Source: Candidatus Eiseniibacteriota bacterium
GTDB lineage: Bacteria > Eisenbacteria > RBG-16-71-46
Assembly: GCA_963707915.1 (NCBI GenBank)
Contig: OY970178.1
Location: 2,688,001 to 2,752,000, forward strand
Reading direction: 5' to 3'
DNA length: 64,000 nt
Both the position numbers and the translations under genes were made by a program. Shown one piece after another: positions 7,532-18,578 of this stretch (the first letter of the stretch is position 1; each line of letters opens with the position of its first letter). Under the pieces are notes generated by a model that worked only from the letters and a program-made list of their open reading frames with translations, had not been told where the DNA came from and did no database searches.

Positions 7532-9400
7532 GTGAGCGGCTTCCGCACGCTGGGCGGGTTCCTCGCGGAGCTCGAGCGCCGCGGCGACCTGCGGCGCGTG
7601 ACGCGCGAGGTGGACCCGGTGTGCGAGGTCGCCGAGATCGCCGGGCGCGAGGCGAAGGCGGGCGGCCCGGCGTTGCTGTTCGAGCGCGTGCGCGGCGCGC
7701 GCTTCCCGCTGGCGGTGAACGTGCTGGCCGCCGAGCGCCGCATCGAGTGGGCGCTGGGGCGCACCGCGGCGAGCGTCGGCGACGAGCTGGAGGCGATCCT
7801 CCACGCGCTGCCGCCGCGGCGGCTCGCCGACCTCTGGGGGCTGCGCGGCAGCGCGGCGCGCGCGCTGGCGATGCGGCCGGCGCGCGTGGCGCACGGCGCG
7901 GCCCAGGAGCGCGCGCTCGGCGCCGACCTCGCGGCGCTGCCCAACCTGCAGCTCTGGCCGAAGGACGGCGGGCGCTTCGTCACCTTCCCGCTGGTGCTCA
8001 CCGAGCACCCCCAGACGAAGGTGCGCAACCTCGGCGTCTACCGCATGCAGGTCTACGACGCGAAGACCACGGGGATGCACTGGCAGATCGGCAAGGGCGG
8101 CGGGTTCCACTACCGCGCGGCCGAGGCGCTGGGCCGCGACCTCGAGGTCGCGGTGGCGGTGGGCGCCGACCCGGCGACGCTGCTGGCCGGCGTGGCGCCG
8201 CTGCCCGAGGGCATGGACGAGCTGGCCTTCGCGGGCTTCCTGCGCGGCCGCCCGACGCGCTTCGGTCCGGCCACGCGACTGACGATGGAAGTGCCGGCGG
8301 ACGCCGAGTTCGTGATCGAGGGCGTGGTGCCGCGCGGCGAGCGCCGGCGCGAGGGGCCGCTCGGCGACCACTTCGGGCACTACTCGCGCGTCGCCGACTA
8401 CCCGGTCTTCCACGTGCTGAACGTGACGCACCGCGCGGGCGCGGTCTTCCAGGCCAGCGTGGTGGGCAAGCCGCCGCAGGAGGACACCTTCATGGGCGAG
8501 GCGGTGCAGCGCATGTTCACCGGCGCGCTGCGCGTGCTGCACCCCGAGATCCGCGACCTGTGGGCCTACCAGGAGGCCGGCTTCCACAACCTGCTGGCGG
8601 TGGCGGTCGAGAACCGCTTCGCGAAGGAGGCGAAGAAGACCGCGCTCGCGCTGATGGGCACCGGCCAGCTCTCGCTCACCAAGGTCATCGTGCTGGTGGA
8701 CGCCGACGTCGACCCGCGCGACCGCCCCGCCGTGTTCGGCGCGATCGCGCGGAACTTCGACCCGGCCGAGGACTTCCTGCTGATGCCGGGCGTGCCGCTC
8801 GACACGCTCGACTTCACCTCCTACACCATGAACCTCGGCAGCAAGATGATGCTGGACGCGCAGGCCAAGCCCGGCCGCGCGCCCGCGACCCCGCCGGCCA
8901 CGGTGCCCGACCCGCGCGCGTTCGACGAGCGCATCGGCGACTGGCGCCTGGCGTGGGGCGCGCTGCTGGTGGTGCGCATGAAGGACGCGGTGCCGGGCGC
9001 CGTGGCCGGGCCGGGCGCGGGGCCGGCCTGGGGCCTGGCGGCGGACGCACTACCGCCGCCGGTGGGGACGACGCCGGGGCGCGAGGTGGTCGAGGCGCTG
9101 CTGCGGCGCCCCGAGTACGCCGGTGTACGGCTGATCGTCGCGGTGAGCTCGGACATCCCGCTCGGCGACGACGTGCTGCTGCTGTGGGGGATCTTCACGC
9201 GCTTCGACTGTGCGCGCGACGTGATCCCCGCGTGGGCCGAGGCGCGCGGCGCCTGGCTCGCCTGCCGTGGCCCGCTCGGCATCGACGCCACCTGGAAGCC
9301 CGGCTACCCCGAGCCGGTGGCGCACACGCCGGAGCTGCTGGCGCGCGTGGACGGGTGGTGGGGGCGCGCCGGGGTCGCAGCAGCCGGGGACCAGCCGTAG
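7532..9400 (+). CDS. ubiD: UbiD-family prFMN decarboxylase (MqnL-like)
   Basis: WPKDGGRF, RNLGVYRMQV, EGPLGDHFGHYS, VVGKPPQED, LDTLDF; extended C-terminus. Confidence 0.93.
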   Translation: MSGFRTLGGFLAELERRGDLRRVTREVDPVCEVAEIAGREAKAGGPALLFERVRGARFPLAVNVLAAERRIEWALGRTAASVGDELEAILHALPPRRLADLWGLRGSAARALAMRPARVAHGAAQERALGADLAALPNLQLWPKDGGRFVTFPLVLTEHPQTKVRNLGVYRMQVYDAKTTGMHWQIGKGGGFHYRAAEALGRDLEVAVAVGADPATLLAGVAPLPEGMDELAFAGFLRGRPTRFGPATRLTMEVPADAEFVIEGVVPRGERRREGPLGDHFGHYSRVADYPVFHVLNVTHRAGAVFQASVVGKPPQEDTFMGEAVQRMFTGALRVLHPEIRDLWAYQEAGFHNLLAVAVENRFAKEAKKTALALMGTGQLSLTKVIVLVDADVDPRDRPAVFGAIARNFDPAEDFLLMPGVPLDTLDFTSYTMNLGSKMMLDAQAKPGRAPATPPATVPDPRAFDERIGDWRLAWGALLVVRMKDAVPGAVAGPGAGPAWGLAADALPPPVGTTPGREVVEALLRRPEYAGVRLIVAVSSDIPLGDDVLLLWGIFTRFDCARDVIPAWAEARGAWLACRGPLGIDATWKPGYPEPVAHTPELLARVDGWWGRAGVAAAGDQP

Positions 9401-9452
9401 CGCGTGTTCTGCGCGCCGGCGGCACCGTCGCCTGCGCGCGAGTTCCCGTGCT

Positions 9453-12272
9453 TCATCGAAGCACGCAGATTCGGCGACCCAATGTTCGTCCATCTGCCTG
9501 CAGGCGCACGAAGTAGACTCCCGCCGGCACCATCCGGCCCGCCGCGTCTCGTCCCTCCCAGACGCGCTGGTGCTGCCCGGCGGGGCACGCCCGTTCCCGC
9601 AAGCCCCAGACCCTCGATCCGTCGATGGCGAAGACATCGAGGCGGACGTCCGCCTGCCGCGGCAAGCCCCACGCGATGACGGTCCGGCCATCGGTCGGAT
9701 TCGGCCGCGGCGGGGAGAGCCGGAAGTGCACGAATCCCCCGGCCTGGACCGCGGTGACCCCGAACGGCTCGGCGCTGGTCCCGACCCCGTAGACGTTCTG
9801 CACCGTCACCGGCCCGTTGCCCGCCCCGGGCGGGACGGTCGCGGCAATCAGCGTCGGCCCCTGCAGGCTGAATTGCGCCTCGCTCCCATCGAAGAAGACA
9901 CGCAACGGGCTCCCCATGCCGTATGGATCGTCACTGGCGAAGCGCGCCCCGTGGATCCGCACGACGCTGTCGGCCGCGCTCCATCGAGGCACGATGGAGT
10001 CCACGCGCGGCGCGAACCACGCAGGTGAACACGGGGCACCTTGCCATCCGACGATCCTCGTGCCGATCGAATCGGTCAGCGTGACTTCAGTCGAGGCGGT
10101 TCGAAGCTTGACCTGTTGCAGGCGAACGCAGACGGGCACGTCGCATCCCGCGCACGCACCCGCGCCCACGGTGTGGCGATTGGCCAACCGCAAGCGGCAT
10201 ACGTAGTACTCGCGCCCCGCTTGAAGCGCGACGCCCGTCGGGGGGTCGCTGGCGACAGCGACCGTGATGCGCTCGCGATTCGCGACGTCGTCCGGGTAGG
10301 CGGTGGCGAAGTGGCCGCCGACCGCCGGGACGCCCGCCCACGGGTCTGCGCAGGTGGCGGACCCGTGAGAGAAGTCGACGATGCTGGTCAAGGCGTCGGC
10401 ACGACACCCGGACTCCCACAGGCGCCACCAGGGCGGTAGGGAGTCGCTCTCGGACTGGACCATCAGGCTGGTCTCGATGCCCAGCAGGTCCGTGATGCCG
10501 CCCGGCGCGCGAAACGTCACGACCAGGTCCTGGTAGCCCGTGTCCGCGCCGCAGGCAGACGTCAGGCTCTCCGTGCCCAGCGAACCGCCGTCGTTCCAGG
10601 AGAGGTTCATGCCCGGCGCGCTCGGCGCCGTGAAGTCCTGGGCTGACGCGTCGACCTTGAGGCGGCCATAGTTCCTGGACGGCGGAACGAACCGGTACCC
10701 GGACAACGTCGGAGTCACCGTCCCGGACCAGGTGTAGCCAACGTCGAGCGCGTAGTCGCCGGAGGCGTCCGTTTCCTGGACGGGGACGGTCCCGGACATC
10801 CGGACACCGGAAAGCGGTTGTCCGCCGTCGTCAACGACCCTCCCCGTGATCCGAGGGGAGCAGGGTTGGCGTTGCCAGCCGATCTGGCCCTCGGTCCACA
10901 AGCAGACGTTGTCCGAGTTGTAGCGCATCATGCACGCCACCGAGGAGGGATTGCAGTACTCGCAGTTCCCGTTCTCGACACCGGCACTGCTGCAGATCTG
11001 ACAACTCGTGCAGCCGCCGTAGCCGGCCTGGTAGTACTCATCGCACGCGTAGAAGATGTGGCCCGTTTCGTGGCTGACCACCAGGGGCAGGGGCCAGGAG
11101 AAGGTCCGCTGCAACATCATGGCATAGGGGCCGCCGAGGTAGGCCCAGGCGGCGTAGCCGTCCGTGAATTGGGCCGGGGCTGGCCACGGATTCGCGGCCA
11201 TGAAGACACTGTAGGCCCACTGTGTCCCCTCGGCCGCGCGCAGGGCCAGGTTGAACGCCTCGCAACGTTCGAGGTGGTTGCCGATGGCGTAGCCGAACTT
11301 CCCGAGGACGTCGGTGATCGCGAGGTAGAACGCAGTGCTCGCATGCAACAGCGGTTCCCGCCACTGCGAACACTGCGGATTCGTCGTGGCCCGGCTGGTC
11401 GAGAGGACGAAGTACAGAGCGCACTGGCGGCCCTGTGCCTGGGTCGCCCACCACAGCAACCCCGTCGTGACGTCCGATATCGCCTGTTGCTCGTCTTGCG
11501 ATGTCCAGCTGTAGAGGTCGGGATCCGTTGCCGTCCCGTCGCTTTCCACACAGAAGAGCCGCACGGCCACGGATCCGCTCATGTACGTGGACGTTCCTTG
11601 AGCGACATCGGCCGTCTCGACCTTCGTCAGCGCGAGCGGGGCGGCCGCTCTGAGGTTGGCGATCACGTTCGGGATGGTCAATGCCGGTCGTTCGAGTGCG
11701 TCGCCGCTGAGAGGCGGTGGCTGACTTGCGTCGGCTGATACCGTTGCCGGGTTCGGCGTCGTGACCGACCGGAAGGCAGCGAGCGCGGCCCGGACGTTAG
11801 GCGACGAATCGTCCGGGAGCGCGTCCACGCCCGGGCGCGCAAGCACGGCGGTTCCGACGACCTGTCCGGCGGTGCTCTCCGGCAGGAACGCGATCGCCAC
11901 GTCGGGAGGGATGACAACGGCGAGCGCTCCGCCGCGCCGGGCGATCTCCTCGGCCAGGAGAGCGTGCGGCGCCGCACCGAGCGTCCGGAGGACGGTGAGC
12001 TGTCCGAACGGGCCGTCGGATGGGATGGCGGTTCCCCGGCCCGGCGAGTGGGGGGCGGGTGGCAGGGCGGGGGCCGCGCCCGCCACGCGTGGACCAGGCC
12101 CGAGGATCACCGCGCAAACGAAGAGAAGCGTCCTGGCAAGGTGCAAAGCGGTCTCCAACTCATGGGGCCGCGAGCCGGTGGGCGCTCGGGGCTCCGACGG
12201 GGACGGGGCGATTCCGCCTACCGCAAAGCCTACACCACCGCCCGCGACCGGGGAACGACCCATTGAGGTCAC
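9453..12272 (-). CDS. Secreted multidomain zinc metallopeptidase-like protein (HExxH, Ig-like, Cys-rich domain, IPT/TIG, FlgD-Ig/T9SS-like CTD); true start probably near 12140-12160
   Basis: HETGHIFYACDEY plus CMM Met-turn-like motif; PRVDSIVP..GARF..IAATVP (IPT); PRPNP...WEGRDAAG..VPAGVYFVRL C-terminus; N-terminal hydrophobic segment. Confidence 0.75.
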   Translation of the reverse strand: MTSMGRSPVAGGGVGFAVGGIAPSPSEPRAPTGSRPHELETALHLARTLLFVCAVILGPGPRVAGAAPALPPAPHSPGRGTAIPSDGPFGQLTVLRTLGAAPHALLAEEIARRGGALAVVIPPDVAIAFLPESTAGQVVGTAVLARPGVDALPDDSSPNVRAALAAFRSVTTPNPATVSADASQPPPLSGDALERPALTIPNVIANLRAAAPLALTKVETADVAQGTSTYMSGSVAVRLFCVESDGTATDPDLYSWTSQDEQQAISDVTTGLLWWATQAQGRQCALYFVLSTSRATTNPQCSQWREPLLHASTAFYLAITDVLGKFGYAIGNHLERCEAFNLALRAAEGTQWAYSVFMAANPWPAPAQFTDGYAAWAYLGGPYAMMLQRTFSWPLPLVVSHETGHIFYACDEYYQAGYGGCTSCQICSSAGVENGNCEYCNPSSVACMMRYNSDNVCLWTEGQIGWQRQPCSPRITGRVVDDGGQPLSGVRMSGTVPVQETDASGDYALDVGYTWSGTVTPTLSGYRFVPPSRNYGRLKVDASAQDFTAPSAPGMNLSWNDGGSLGTESLTSACGADTGYQDLVVTFRAPGGITDLLGIETSLMVQSESDSLPPWWRLWESGCRADALTSIVDFSHGSATCADPWAGVPAVGGHFATAYPDDVANRERITVAVASDPPTGVALQAGREYYVCRLRLANRHTVGAGACAGCDVPVCVRLQQVKLRTASTEVTLTDSIGTRIVGWQGAPCSPAWFAPRVDSIVPRWSAADSVVRIHGARFASDDPYGMGSPLRVFFDGSEAQFSLQGPTLIAATVPPGAGNGPVTVQNVYGVGTSAEPFGVTAVQAGGFVHFRLSPPRPNPTDGRTVIAWGLPRQADVRLDVFAIDGSRVWGLRERACPAGQHQRVWEGRDAAGRMVPAGVYFVRLQADGRTLGRRICVLR

Positions 12273-12448
12273 GATCGTCCCGGCCCCGCGGTATCTGCCG
12301 GGCCGCTACCGGTGGACGCCGGGCCGGAATGCGACGGCCATCCCCGAGCGAGGGGGGCCGTCGTGCTGCCGTCGCCCGGGTGGATGCCGAACCGCGCGCG
12401 GTCGGCTATGCTGCCGTCCGGACGCAAGTCCGTCCTCGGAGGACTGGC

Positions 12449-15292
12449 ATGATCGGTCGCACGATCCTGCACTACGCGGTGACCGCGGAGCTCGGCGCGG
12501 GCGCGATGGGGCGCGTCTACCTCGCGCGCGACGAGCGCACCGGACGGCGCGTCGCGCTCAAGTTCCTGCCGCCGGAGACCGCGGGCAACGCGGAGATGCG
12601 CACCCGCCTGCAGCGCGAGGCCACGGCGGTGGCGCGGCTCTCCCACCCGGCGATCGTTACCCTGCTCGCCGCCGAGGACGCGGACGGCGAGCTGTTCCTG
12701 GTCCAGGAGTACGTCGAGGGCGAGTCGCTCGACCGCCGCCTCGCGCGCGGCCCGCTGGGGCCCGCGGAGTTGCCTCGCCTCGCCCGCGCGCTGACCGGGG
12801 CGCTGGCCCACGCCCACGCGCACGGCGTCCTGCACCGCGACCTCAAGCCGGCCAACGTGCTGATCGGCACGGACGGGTCGTACAAGGTCGCCGACTTCGG
12901 CGTCGCCCGCGTCGAGGGCGAGGGCACGCTGACCGGCACCGGCGACGTGGTCGGCACCCTGGCCTACCTCGCGCCCGAGCGCGCGAGCGGCAACCGCGGC
13001 GACGCGCGCGCCGACCTGTTCGCGCTGGGCGCGGTGCTCTACGAGGCGATGTGCGGCCGCCGCGCCTTCCCGGGCGGTTCCGAGGCCGAGGTGCTCCACG
13101 CGGTGATGAACGTGGAGCCGCGGCCGCCCGAGGTGGTCACGGCCTCGCTGCTGCCGCTGGCCGGCCTGGTCATGCGCCTGCTCGCCAAGGACCCCGCCCA
13201 GCGTCCGCCGAGCGCCGAGGCGGTGCTCGAGGCGCTGGCGACCATGGGCCCCGACGCGCCCCGGGTCGCCGCGGCCCGCCGCGGCTGGCTCGTGCCCGCG
13301 CTGGCGATGCTCGCGGTGGCCGTCGTGGTCGGCGCGGGGGCGTGGCTCCTGCGCGACCGTCTCGCGCCCGCGTCTGCGGCCGACGCGCCCGTGGCGGTGC
13401 TCTACTTCGACAATATCGCCGACCCCCGCGACCCCGACCGCATCGGCTCGATCACCTCGAACCTGCTCATCGTCTCGCTCGCCCAGGCGAGCGACCTCGA
13501 CGTGCTCAGCACCCAGCGCGTGCTCGACGCCATGCGCCAGCTCGGTCACGGCGCGGGCGCGGTGGACCGTGGCGCCGCGCTGCTCGTGGCCCGGCGGACC
13601 CACGCCGGGCGCATCGTCACCGGCAGCATCCTCCAGGTGAGCCCGAGCCTGGTCATGACGGCCGAGGTCTCGGACGTGCGCAGCGGCAAGGTGCTCTACG
13701 CCGAGCGCATCGACGGCGAGCCGGGGCAGACCGTCTACCAGCTGGTGGACGCGCTCGGCGCGCGGCTGGTCGGCCGCATGGTGAGGCGCGCGGACGCCGC
13801 GCGGCTCGCACCGGTGGCGCAGCGCACCAGCACCGACCTCGCGGCGCAGCGCGAGTACCTCGCCGGCGTCGAGCGCTTCTCGATCGGTGACCTCCCCGGC
13901 GCCGACAGCGCGTTCACGCGCGCGGTGGCGCGCGACCCGGGCTTCGCGCAGGCGCTCTACCAGCTGGCGATCACGCGCTGGTGGGGCGGCGAGCCGGAGA
14001 GCGCGATGGAGGACATCCGGCGGGCGCAGGCGAACGAGGTGCGCCTGTCCCCCGGCGAGCGGGCGTTCATCGGCGGGCTCGACCTGTTGATCCGGCACGA
14101 CAGCACGGGGGTGGCGGTGTTCGAGCGGCTCGCCGCCAACGCGCCCGAGGACAAGCTGGTCCTGTACGGCCTGGAGGAGGCCCAGTTCCACGCCAGGCAG
14201 AACGAGGCGGCGATTGCCACGGCGCGCCGCATCCTCGCCATCGACCCGGGCTTCACGCTGGCCGGGCGGCACCTGGTGGACGCGCTGCTGCGCCTCGACC
14301 GCCAGGCCGAGGCCCAGCAGGTGGCCGAGGACCTCCTGCGGCGGGACCCGGGCTCGCAGTTGCTCTGGTTCTCCGCGACCAACACGGCAGCGAATCGGGA
14401 GGACCGCGCCACCGTGCTGCGGCTGCGGGCCCTCTACGAGCAGGGCGGAAGAGCTGCCCAGGTCCCGACGCTCGCGTTGCTGGCGGCCGCGCAGGGTGCG
14501 GACGCCGATTCCGTTTGCCGTCTGTTGGCCGGGGCAAATCCCGGCGCGACCCTGCTGGCCTACAGCCGGGACGGTGCGGCCTACTGGGTCGCGCTGCATC
14601 GCGGCCGCTTCCGCGAAGCGGAGGGCGTCGCCCGCAGGGCCTGGGCTGCCCCGCACAACTTGCTCCCGTGGGCCGAGGGGTTCTGGGCCGCGACGAAGAC
14701 GGGGAACACCACCTTCGGCCTGGCCTGCGTGGACAGCATCGCCAGGTTCGCGGTCCGCACCGGGATGGGTCGCGGTCTTGACGACTACCGGTTGCCGACG
14801 CGAGCGCAGTTCTGGATCATGACGGGGCGCCCCGATCGAGCCCGGGTGGAATACCGGAGGAGTGCCGGCCAGGCCCCGCCCGGAAGCATCTCCGAGGGGA
14901 TCTGGAACGGAGTGAGGGCCCACCTCCTCGACGCGGAGGGCCGCCCCGGCGAGGGGCTGGAGTGGCTCGCGCGGTCCCGCTGGCTGGGCTGGCCGATCAT
15001 GACCTCGCAACGCAGCCTCTTCCGCGCCCGTCTGCTGGCCCATTGCGGCCGCCACGCCGAGGCGCTGGCGACCCTGGATTCGCTCGCGGGCTGTCCACTG
15101 CTCTATCCCGACGAGGCCGTGCGGCTGCGCCTCGAGCGCGGCCGCTCGCTCCAGGCGCTGGGCCGCGGACCCGAGGCCGCCGCGGCGTATCGCGAGTTCC
15201 TGCGCCTCTGGAGGGACGCGGACCCCGGCCGGCCCGAGGTGGCCGAGGCGAAGCGCGCGCTGGCGCGGCTCGGAGGCGGTCCGCGCAGGTAG
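12449..15292 (+). CDS. Hanks-type Ser/Thr protein kinase with TM segment, TolB-N-like domain and TPRs
   Basis: LGAGAMGRVY, VALK, HRDLKPAN, DFG, YLAPE; VAVLYFDN; TPR-like C-terminus ending WRDADPGRPEV; GGAGG RBS. Confidence 0.92.
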   Translation: MIGRTILHYAVTAELGAGAMGRVYLARDERTGRRVALKFLPPETAGNAEMRTRLQREATAVARLSHPAIVTLLAAEDADGELFLVQEYVEGESLDRRLARGPLGPAELPRLARALTGALAHAHAHGVLHRDLKPANVLIGTDGSYKVADFGVARVEGEGTLTGTGDVVGTLAYLAPERASGNRGDARADLFALGAVLYEAMCGRRAFPGGSEAEVLHAVMNVEPRPPEVVTASLLPLAGLVMRLLAKDPAQRPPSAEAVLEALATMGPDAPRVAAARRGWLVPALAMLAVAVVVGAGAWLLRDRLAPASAADAPVAVLYFDNIADPRDPDRIGSITSNLLIVSLAQASDLDVLSTQRVLDAMRQLGHGAGAVDRGAALLVARRTHAGRIVTGSILQVSPSLVMTAEVSDVRSGKVLYAERIDGEPGQTVYQLVDALGARLVGRMVRRADAARLAPVAQRTSTDLAAQREYLAGVERFSIGDLPGADSAFTRAVARDPGFAQALYQLAITRWWGGEPESAMEDIRRAQANEVRLSPGERAFIGGLDLLIRHDSTGVAVFERLAANAPEDKLVLYGLEEAQFHARQNEAAIATARRILAIDPGFTLAGRHLVDALLRLDRQAEAQQVAEDLLRRDPGSQLLWFSATNTAANREDRATVLRLRALYEQGGRAAQVPTLALLAAAQGADADSVCRLLAGANPGATLLAYSRDGAAYWVALHRGRFREAEGVARRAWAAPHNLLPWAEGFWAATKTGNTTFGLACVDSIARFAVRTGMGRGLDDYRLPTRAQFWIMTGRPDRARVEYRRSAGQAPPGSISEGIWNGVRAHLLDAEGRPGEGLEWLARSRWLGWPIMTSQRSLFRARLLAHCGRHAEALATLDSLAGCPLLYPDEAVRLRLERGRSLQALGRGPEAAAAYREFLRLWRDADPGRPEVAEAKRALARLGGGPRR

Positions 15293-15294
15293 CG

Positions 15295-15329
15295 GATCGC
15301 CCCGGGAGCGCGGGGCCCCCGGGGCGATC
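15295..15329. terminator. Hairpin between convergent kinase and pntB genes
   Basis: GATCGCCCCGGG-N11-CCCGGGGCGATC, perfect 12-bp stem; no U-tract. Confidence 0.55.
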
Positions 15330-15360
15330 GTACGCTGCCGCCGCGATGCGTCGAGGCTCG

Positions 15361-16785
15361 TCAGCCCTTCAGCGCGGTCAGCACCTCGTCGAGCATCTTC
15401 TTGGCGTCGCCGAACAGCATCCGGTTGTTGTCCTTGTAGAACAGCGGGTTGTCCACTCCCGCGTAGCCCGACGCCATGCTGCGCTTCATCACGATCGAGG
15501 TCTTCGCCTTCCACACCTGCAGCACCGGCATGCCGGCGATGGGGCTGGTCGGGTCGTCCTCGGCACCGGGGTTCACGATGTCGTTCGCGCCGATCACCAT
15601 CGCCACGTCGGTGTCCGGGAAGTCGCCGTTCAGCTCGTCCATCTCGAGCACGATGTCGTAGGGCACCTTGGCCTCGGCCAGCAGCACGTTCATGTGGCCG
15701 GGCATGCGGCCGGCGACCGGGTGGATGCCGAAGCGCACGTTGACGCCCTTCTCGCGCAGGAACTTGGTGATCTCGTAGACGGTGTGCTGCGCCTGCGCCA
15801 CCGCCATGCCGTAACCCGGCACGATGATGACGTTCTTGGACTCGCGCAGCAGCTCGGCGGTCTCGGGCGCGGTGATGGGGGTGACCTCGCCGGCCGGCTG
15901 CGCGCCGCCCTTCGCGGCGGGGGCGCCGCCCTCGGTGCCGAAACCGCCGGAGATCACCGCCAGGAACTTGCGGTTCATGGCGCGGCACATGATGTAGGAG
16001 AGGATGGCGCCGCTCGAGCCCACCAGCGCGCCGGTGACGATCAGCAGGTCGTTGTTGAGCATGAAGCCGGTCGCCGCCGCCGCCCACCCGGAGTAGCTGT
16101 TGAGCATGGACACGACGACCGGCATGTCCGCGCCGCCGATCGCCATCACCATGTGGACGCCGAACAGCAGCGCGACCCCGGTCATGACGTACAGCGCGAC
16201 CATGCCCTGGTTCGTGCCCTCGACCGCGTGGATGAAGCTGGTGCCGAACCAGAGCACCGCCAGCAGTCCGGCCAGGTTGAGGAAGTGGCGGCCGGGGATG
16301 ATGACCGGCTTGCCGCTGATCTTCCCGGCGAGCTTGCCGAAGGCGATGACCGAGCCCGAGAACGTCACCGCGCCGATCAGGATGCCGATGTAGACCTCGA
16401 CCTCGTGGATGGTCTTCTCCGCGCCGGTGAACTGCGCGCTGGCCGCGGGGTCGATGTAGTTGGCGAAGCCGACGAGCACGGCGGCGAGGCCCACCAGGCT
16501 GTGCATGATGGCCACCAGCTCGGGCATCTGCGTCATCTTCACGGTGCGCGCGGCCCACAGCCCGATCGCGCCGCCGAGCGCCATGGCGGCGATGATCCAG
16601 GTGAGGCCGCCGGTGGTGACGCGCGGCCCGAAGACGGTGGCGAACACGGCGATCGCCATGCCGATGATGCCGTACACGTTGCCGCGCCTCGACGTCTCGG
16701 GATGCGAGAGCCCGCCGAGGCTGAGGATGAACAGGATGATCGCCCCGATGTAGGCGACGGTCGCGAGACTCGGAGTCATGAGCAT
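15361..16785 (-). CDS. pntB: NAD(P) transhydrogenase subunit beta
   Basis: [71 protein letters not shown]. Confidence 0.98.
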   Translation of the reverse strand: MLMTPSLATVAYIGAIILFILSLGGLSHPETSRRGNVYGIIGMAIAVFATVFGPRVTTGGLTWIIAAMALGGAIGLWAARTVKMTQMPELVAIMHSLVGLAAVLVGFANYIDPAASAQFTGAEKTIHEVEVYIGILIGAVTFSGSVIAFGKLAGKISGKPVIIPGRHFLNLAGLLAVLWFGTSFIHAVEGTNQGMVALYVMTGVALLFGVHMVMAIGGADMPVVVSMLNSYSGWAAAATGFMLNNDLLIVTGALVGSSGAILSYIMCRAMNRKFLAVISGGFGTEGGAPAAKGGAQPAGEVTPITAPETAELLRESKNVIIVPGYGMAVAQAQHTVYEITKFLREKGVNVRFGIHPVAGRMPGHMNVLLAEAKVPYDIVLEMDELNGDFPDTDVAMVIGANDIVNPGAEDDPTSPIAGMPVLQVWKAKTSIVMKRSMASGYAGVDNPLFYKDNNRMLFGDAKKMLDEVLTALKG

Positions 16786-16798
16786 GGGCGGCCTCCCC

Positions 16799-18397
16799 CT
16801 ACTTCCGGAACATGTCCAGCATGCGACGCGTCACCGCGAAGCCGCCGAACATGTTGATGGACACCATCACGATGCTGGCCACCGCGAGGCCGAGGATCCA
16901 GCCCGTGGGCCGGGCCAGGCCCTCCATGCCGAGCAGCGGCGGCGCGACCTGCACCAGGGCGCCGATGGCGATGATGCTGGAGATGGCGTTGGTCACGCTC
17001 ATCAGCGGCGTGTGCAGCGCGGCGGTCACGTTCCAGACCACCATGTAGCCGACGAAGCAGGCCAGCACGAACACGGTGAAGTGCGCGAGGAAGGCCGCCG
17101 GGGCGCCGGCGCCGATCAGGAAGAAGACCAGGCCCGCGACCAGGAACATCACCGTGGTGCGCAGCGCCGAGGGGGGTGCGTCGGGTGCGCCGTGCCCGTG
17201 CCCGCCCTTCTTCTCGGCCGGCTTGGCCGCGGCGGCCGCCTTGGGCGGCGGCGGGGCCGGCAGATGGAGCGGCGGCGCCGGCCAGGTGATCGCGCCGTCC
17301 TTGATCACCGTCAGGCCGCGGATGGCGTCGTCGTCCATGTTGACGTTGAGCACGCCGTCCTTGGTCTTGCACAGCTCCTCGGTCAGGCGGAACAGGTTCG
17401 AGGCGTAGAGCGTCGACGCCTGCTTGGCCAGGCGGCTGGTCAGGTCGGTGTAGCCGATGAGGGTCACGCCGTGCTTGACGACCGCCTTGCCGGGCTCGGT
17501 CAGCTCGCAGTTGCCGCCCTGCTCGGCGGCCATGTCGACGATGACGCTCCCCGGCTTCATGCTCCGCACCATCTCGGCGGTGATCAACCGCGGCGCGGGC
17601 TTGCCGGGGATGAGCGCGGTCGTGATGATGATGTCCACGTCCTTCGCCTGTTTGGCGTACATCTCGCGCTGGGCCTGCTGGAAGCCCTCGCTCATCACCT
17701 TGGCGTAGCCGCCGCCGCCGGAACCTTCCTCCTCGTAGTCCACCTTGACGAACTCGCCGCCCAGCGACACGACCTGGTCGGCCACTTCGGCCCGCGTGTC
17801 GTTGGCGCGCACGATGGCGCCCAGGTTGGCGGCGGTGCCGATCGCCGCCAGGCCGGCGACGCCGGCGCCGGCGATGAAGACCTTGGCCGGCGGGACCTTG
17901 CCGGCGGCCGTCACCTGGCCGTTGAAGAAGCGGCCGAAGGCGTTGGCGGCCTCGATGACGGCGCGGTAGCCGCTGATCCCGGCCATGGAGGTCAGGGCGT
18001 CCATCTTCTGGGCCCGGCTGAGCTGCCGCGGCAGCGCGTCCATGGCCAGCACGGTGGCCTTGCGGGCGGCCAGCTGCTTCATCAGCTCGGGGTTCTGCGC
18101 CGGCCAGATGAAGGTGACCAGGACTTGGCCCTCGCGCAGCAGGCCGACCTCCTCGGTCGACGGCGGGCGCACCTTGAAGACCACGTCGGACTTCGACCAG
18201 AGCGCCGCCGCCCCGTCGACGACCTCGGCGCCGGCGGCGCGGTAGGCGTCGTCGGGGAAGTTGGCCGCCGCACCCGCGCCGCTCTGCACCGCCACCGAGA
18301 AGCCCAGCTTGATCAGCTTCTCGACGACCTCGGGCACGGTGGCGACGCGCTTCTCAGCCGCCGCCGATTCCGTCGGGATTCCGATCACACACGCCAT
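16799..18397 (-). CDS. pntA: NAD(P) transhydrogenase subunit alpha (unsplit)
   Basis: [61 protein letters not shown]. Confidence 0.98.
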   Translation of the reverse strand: MACVIGIPTESAAAEKRVATVPEVVEKLIKLGFSVAVQSGAGAAANFPDDAYRAAGAEVVDGAAALWSKSDVVFKVRPPSTEEVGLLREGQVLVTFIWPAQNPELMKQLAARKATVLAMDALPRQLSRAQKMDALTSMAGISGYRAVIEAANAFGRFFNGQVTAAGKVPPAKVFIAGAGVAGLAAIGTAANLGAIVRANDTRAEVADQVVSLGGEFVKVDYEEEGSGGGGYAKVMSEGFQQAQREMYAKQAKDVDIIITTALIPGKPAPRLITAEMVRSMKPGSVIVDMAAEQGGNCELTEPGKAVVKHGVTLIGYTDLTSRLAKQASTLYASNLFRLTEELCKTKDGVLNVNMDDDAIRGLTVIKDGAITWPAPPLHLPAPPPPKAAAAAKPAEKKGGHGHGAPDAPPSALRTTVMFLVAGLVFFLIGAGAPAAFLAHFTVFVLACFVGYMVVWNVTAALHTPLMSVTNAISSIIAIGALVQVAPPLLGMEGLARPTGWILGLAVASIVMVSINMFGGFAVTRRMLDMFRK

Positions 18398-18485
18398 GCA
18401 GGTCCCCCATGCTGAGTGATGCCGACCAGGCCCGAAGCCCGTGCACCGGCTGCGCGCCGACAGGGCACACGACTCCAACCTCCGC

Positions 18486-18514
18486 ATGGTGACGGACGAT
18501 TCCAGGTGAGTCAA
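18486..18514 (-). promoter_or_regulatory. Putative sigma70 promoter of pntAB
   Basis: Minus strand TTGACT-17 bp-CACCAT, about 90 bp upstream of the pntA ATG. Confidence 0.45.
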
Positions 18515-18578
18515 CCGGGAGGCGACGTCTCCGGACACGCTCGTTCGCGGGCCGTCGCCGCGGCGGATTCCCGGATCG

